Shown here: positions 61,219-64,000 of the stretch, piece after piece
Numbering within the stretch: the first letter of the stretch is position 1
Layout: every line of letters begins with the position of its first letter
Source: Hyphochytrium catenoides
Lineage: Eukaryota; Protista; Hyphochytriomycota
Reading direction: 5' to 3'
Length of the DNA: 64,000 bases
Assembly: GCA_900088475.1 (NCBI GenBank)
Contig: FLMG01003436.1
Location: 62,001 to 126,000 of the forward strand
The notes under the pieces: model-generated
Seen by the model: only the letters and a program-made list of their open reading frames with translations
The model's database searches: none
Told to the model about the DNA's origin: nothing
Translations under genes and position numbers: made by a program

Positions 61219-64000
61219 ATGGGTGCGCGACACCGCCGTCACTGGAAAGATTTGGCTTATGAAGTGGAGAGAAGGCTGAGACCCAGGTAGGACGTCTCTG
61301 AAGGAAGTTATTGCAGCAATCTTGATGGGAACGTTGCTTGCCATGTTTCTCTCCCATTCTTTTCGTCCCCCGCTCCCGATATGATGTCTATTCAAGCGGG
61401 CTGGATATCGTGGCGCCACTCTCCCTCTCGTGGTACAATGAGGCAGTCCCCGAACACCTCCACCTGCCCGCCTTCAAAGGCTGTTCAGACCCTTTGATCT
61501 TGCTCATCGGCAACTCCAGAGCCATCTGGGATCCCTTTGTAGAGAACTTGAGACAAGTAATGACACCTTATGCTGTACTCTATGTAACCTTGTAGTTAAG
61601 GGCAGAAACTCCAACACCGCCCATAGATCTTTCACTCAAACCTTCTCGTCAGTGCCTTATCTCTCCCTTCCTTCTTTTTAGGGCTCTCCCTCTCTCTGCC
61701 ACCCTCGCTGTCTCGCTTCACATCCTCTAATCCTCTCGCTCTCTTCTCTCTCTCGATCTTGCTTCCTCTTCTCTCTCTCGATCTTTCTTCTTCTTCTTCT
61801 CTCTCTCTCACATACACACACACTCTCCCCCGTCTTTTGGTCTCTATCTACCTATCTAAATATCTATCTGTCTATCTATCTAACTATCTATCTCCTCTCT
61901 CTCTTGACTTATCTAGTCTCTCCATGAGGTTCTCAGCCTTCCCATGGCTCTTGTACATCCTATCCACTTCGCTCCCCAGGTCGTTGTCGCAAAATTTCTA
62001 ATGTCTCTTTCACTATCAGAATGGGAAGGTGCCAAAGGACCCAGTGAACTGCTACGTTCGAGACCAGGTTCTCTCGGCAACGAGGGACCTCCCTCCCTTG
62101 AACGCGGAGCAGGAAGAAGATGAAGCCCTGAAAGAGCTAGAGGTTGGAAGCAGGGGCACCTTTTCCTCTAGTCTCATGTCCCTCTCTTCGCTTGGGGCCT
62201 CTCCCTGTCTTCCAATGGCCCTAAGCCTAGTCAACTCCTCACCTCGGGAGGCCTGGGAGCGCTCCTGCTACTATTCCGTCCAAAAGCCTCTTACTGATGC
62301 TCGATTCTTTGCGCTCCTTATGCAGTTATCCTTCTACTGGTCACAAGATTGTGAACCTGGCAAGCTGATCGCGATACAGAGAATGGCACACATCGCGGGC
62401 ATCGCCTTCCTCGACGAAGTACTACCCCTACTTTAAACTGTCTGCCTGTCTGTTGCTTCAAAAATGCTGTCATTGAAGTTCGTCTCTATTTCCTTACGAT
62501 TCTCCCTTGTCGTGTCCGCTGACCGTGCTTGGCATTCAAAACTCCATCATATCGATTGTGGGGCCTAATGTCTTGAGTAGGTAACTCACCTCTGCATCCA
62601 CCCTGAGTACGGGCCGTGGGTGTCCCTGAGGGCTGCAGTTGTCATCAATGTTCCTGGACCGCCAGAAAAGCCTCTAGAACCTAGGAATCCAATGGATCAA
62701 CAGACAGTAGAAAGAATCGCGGAGCTCTCCCGAAAAGCTATGGCAGCAGGTAAGCTTTCTGATCGCTTTCTATCTCTGTCTTCTGTCTGTCGCTGTTGAT
62801 GACATTTACAGTCCGCATTAATGTTTCTCTGGTGTCATTGACCTGCAATCTGCCTCCAATGCCCTTTGTTTTCCTCCGTGTATTCACCTCAGAGTATAGG
62901 CCAGGGCGTATAGACCCGGTGGCACTGAGCGATTCAATGAAAGGAATGCTTCAACGCTGGCAGCTATGGATTGCAGCTCGAGTCGGCATCGCTCCAGGTC
63001 ATCCCGCTATGTATTGCGACAACCAAATTCTCTATCATTACTGCAATCATGATGGCAGCACCATTGGTACGTCAACCATATCTTCTACTTTATACCAGAT
63101 TGCATCCATGCTGGACACATCTACCTTCCGGCGCCGTAACGTCGCGTCCGCCTAGCAAAACAATAGATTCCACCTTCTGCATGTGCCGTTATTCGACCTC
63201 GAAAATGTCTGGGCTGCAATCGAAGACTGCAGATACTTGTCCGTCTGGAAGAAGGCCGAACCTGTCTTAAGCATTCCTACGGTCTCCCTATCTGTAGTCA
63301 CGGTCATCCTGTCCATCTCTTAGGTCTCATATTCACCCTCCCCTAACCTTAATCTCCATTCTTTTGTGCTGGCTCTCTCCCCAAAGATATCCTTGAAGAG
63401 CTGGTAGCAAAGCCTTACCTCCCGCCTACGATATCCTTGCTGCAACATCCCGGCAAAGAGGTGATCAGGACGAGAGAAACAATGCTCTCCGTACTTAGGC
63501 GCTTAGCTAAAAAGGCAGAAGGCAGGAGAACAGCACTGCTTCTTTCCGGCGGCCTTGATACCTCAATTGTTGCCGAAGCGAAGGAGGATCCTTATGCGGA
63601 TGGTCCTAGGTAAGCCTTCACCCTCGCCATCTCACTTTTCCATCGACAAACTTGTCGAGTCTCTGGACGTTTGCGATACCAACTCATTGCAGAAAGCTGC
63701 CAAGTAGTAATTGCAGCCGACATCCAATCTCCAAACTTTCTTATGTGACGAGCAAGTGTCTCAGCTAAAGGAGCTCGGCCATCTCTCGGTCTATTCTCTT
63801 ACCTCTCTTGCCCCTATTCTGCTACTCCTCTTACCATGATAACTGGCAGGATGGTCAACTTTGAAGAGTTTTTCACGGTTCGAGCTCACGTTTCGGGCAC
63901 AGACGAGCCCTATGCATGCAGAATTGCAGAGAGACTTAAAACCAAGCATACCGTCATTTCTATCTCTATAGAAGAGCTTATTTCTTCATCACTCCAGCTC
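61219..64000 (+). CDS. MMACHC: MMACHC/CblC-like cobalamin chaperone apparently fused to an asparagine-synthetase-type ATP pyrophosphatase domain; 3' end outside window
   Basis: Exons 61219-61286, 61397-61556, 62020-62142, 62326-62418, 62581-62749, 62893-63066, 63387-63609, 63850->64000, all phase-compatible; CblC motifs GLDIVAPLSLSWYNEAVPEHLHLP, DPVNCYV, IAIQRMAHIAGIA, CIHPEYGPWVSLRAAVV, YCDNQILYHY; then ALLLSGGLDTSIVA and FTV..GTDEPYACRIAERLKTKHTVI. Confidence 0.85.
61640..61920. repeat. CT-rich low-complexity tract with degenerate (TATC)n microsatellite in MMACHC intron 2
   Basis: ctctctct runs and ctatctacctatctaaatatctatctgtctatctatctaactatctatct. Confidence 0.8.

Noticed and set aside
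61000-63386. Cobalamin riboswitch in the MMACHC leader or introns
   Set aside because: No B12-box consensus seen, and none is established in eukaryotes

Overview
Gene-dense, intron-rich eukaryotic nuclear DNA with short GT-AG introns, frequent CTAAC-type branch points and five N-gaps, so the six-frame ORF track shows only exon fragments; I stitched exons by hand. Gene content (TSET coat subunit, FOCAD/RST1, MMACHC, malate synthase G) suggests a non-animal, non-dikaryan microbial eukaryote; the lineage is not determined. In order: a divergent PRPP synthetase-like gene (5' truncated), an intronless secreted 10-Cys cationic peptide, focadhesin/RST1, PP2C, a 13-exon bacterial-type malate synthase G, an ankyrin protein, REX4, RPL30, a large KOW/SH3-like orphan, IMP3, a MYND-finger protein, TSET scaffold TTRAY2/TWD40-2, a charged orphan, a 2-phosphoglycerate-kinase/LPA1-like P-loop NTPase head-to-head with a PhoD phosphatase, and, at the right edge, a cobalamin chaperone (MMACHC/CblC) that appears spliced in frame to an asparagine-synthetase-type PP-loop ATP pyrophosphatase domain. 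That fusion is the best candidate for an undescribed system (possible B12 repair or remodelling enzyme). No rRNA, tRNA, CRISPR array or intact mobile element was recognised. Family assignments rest on recalled motifs, not database searches.
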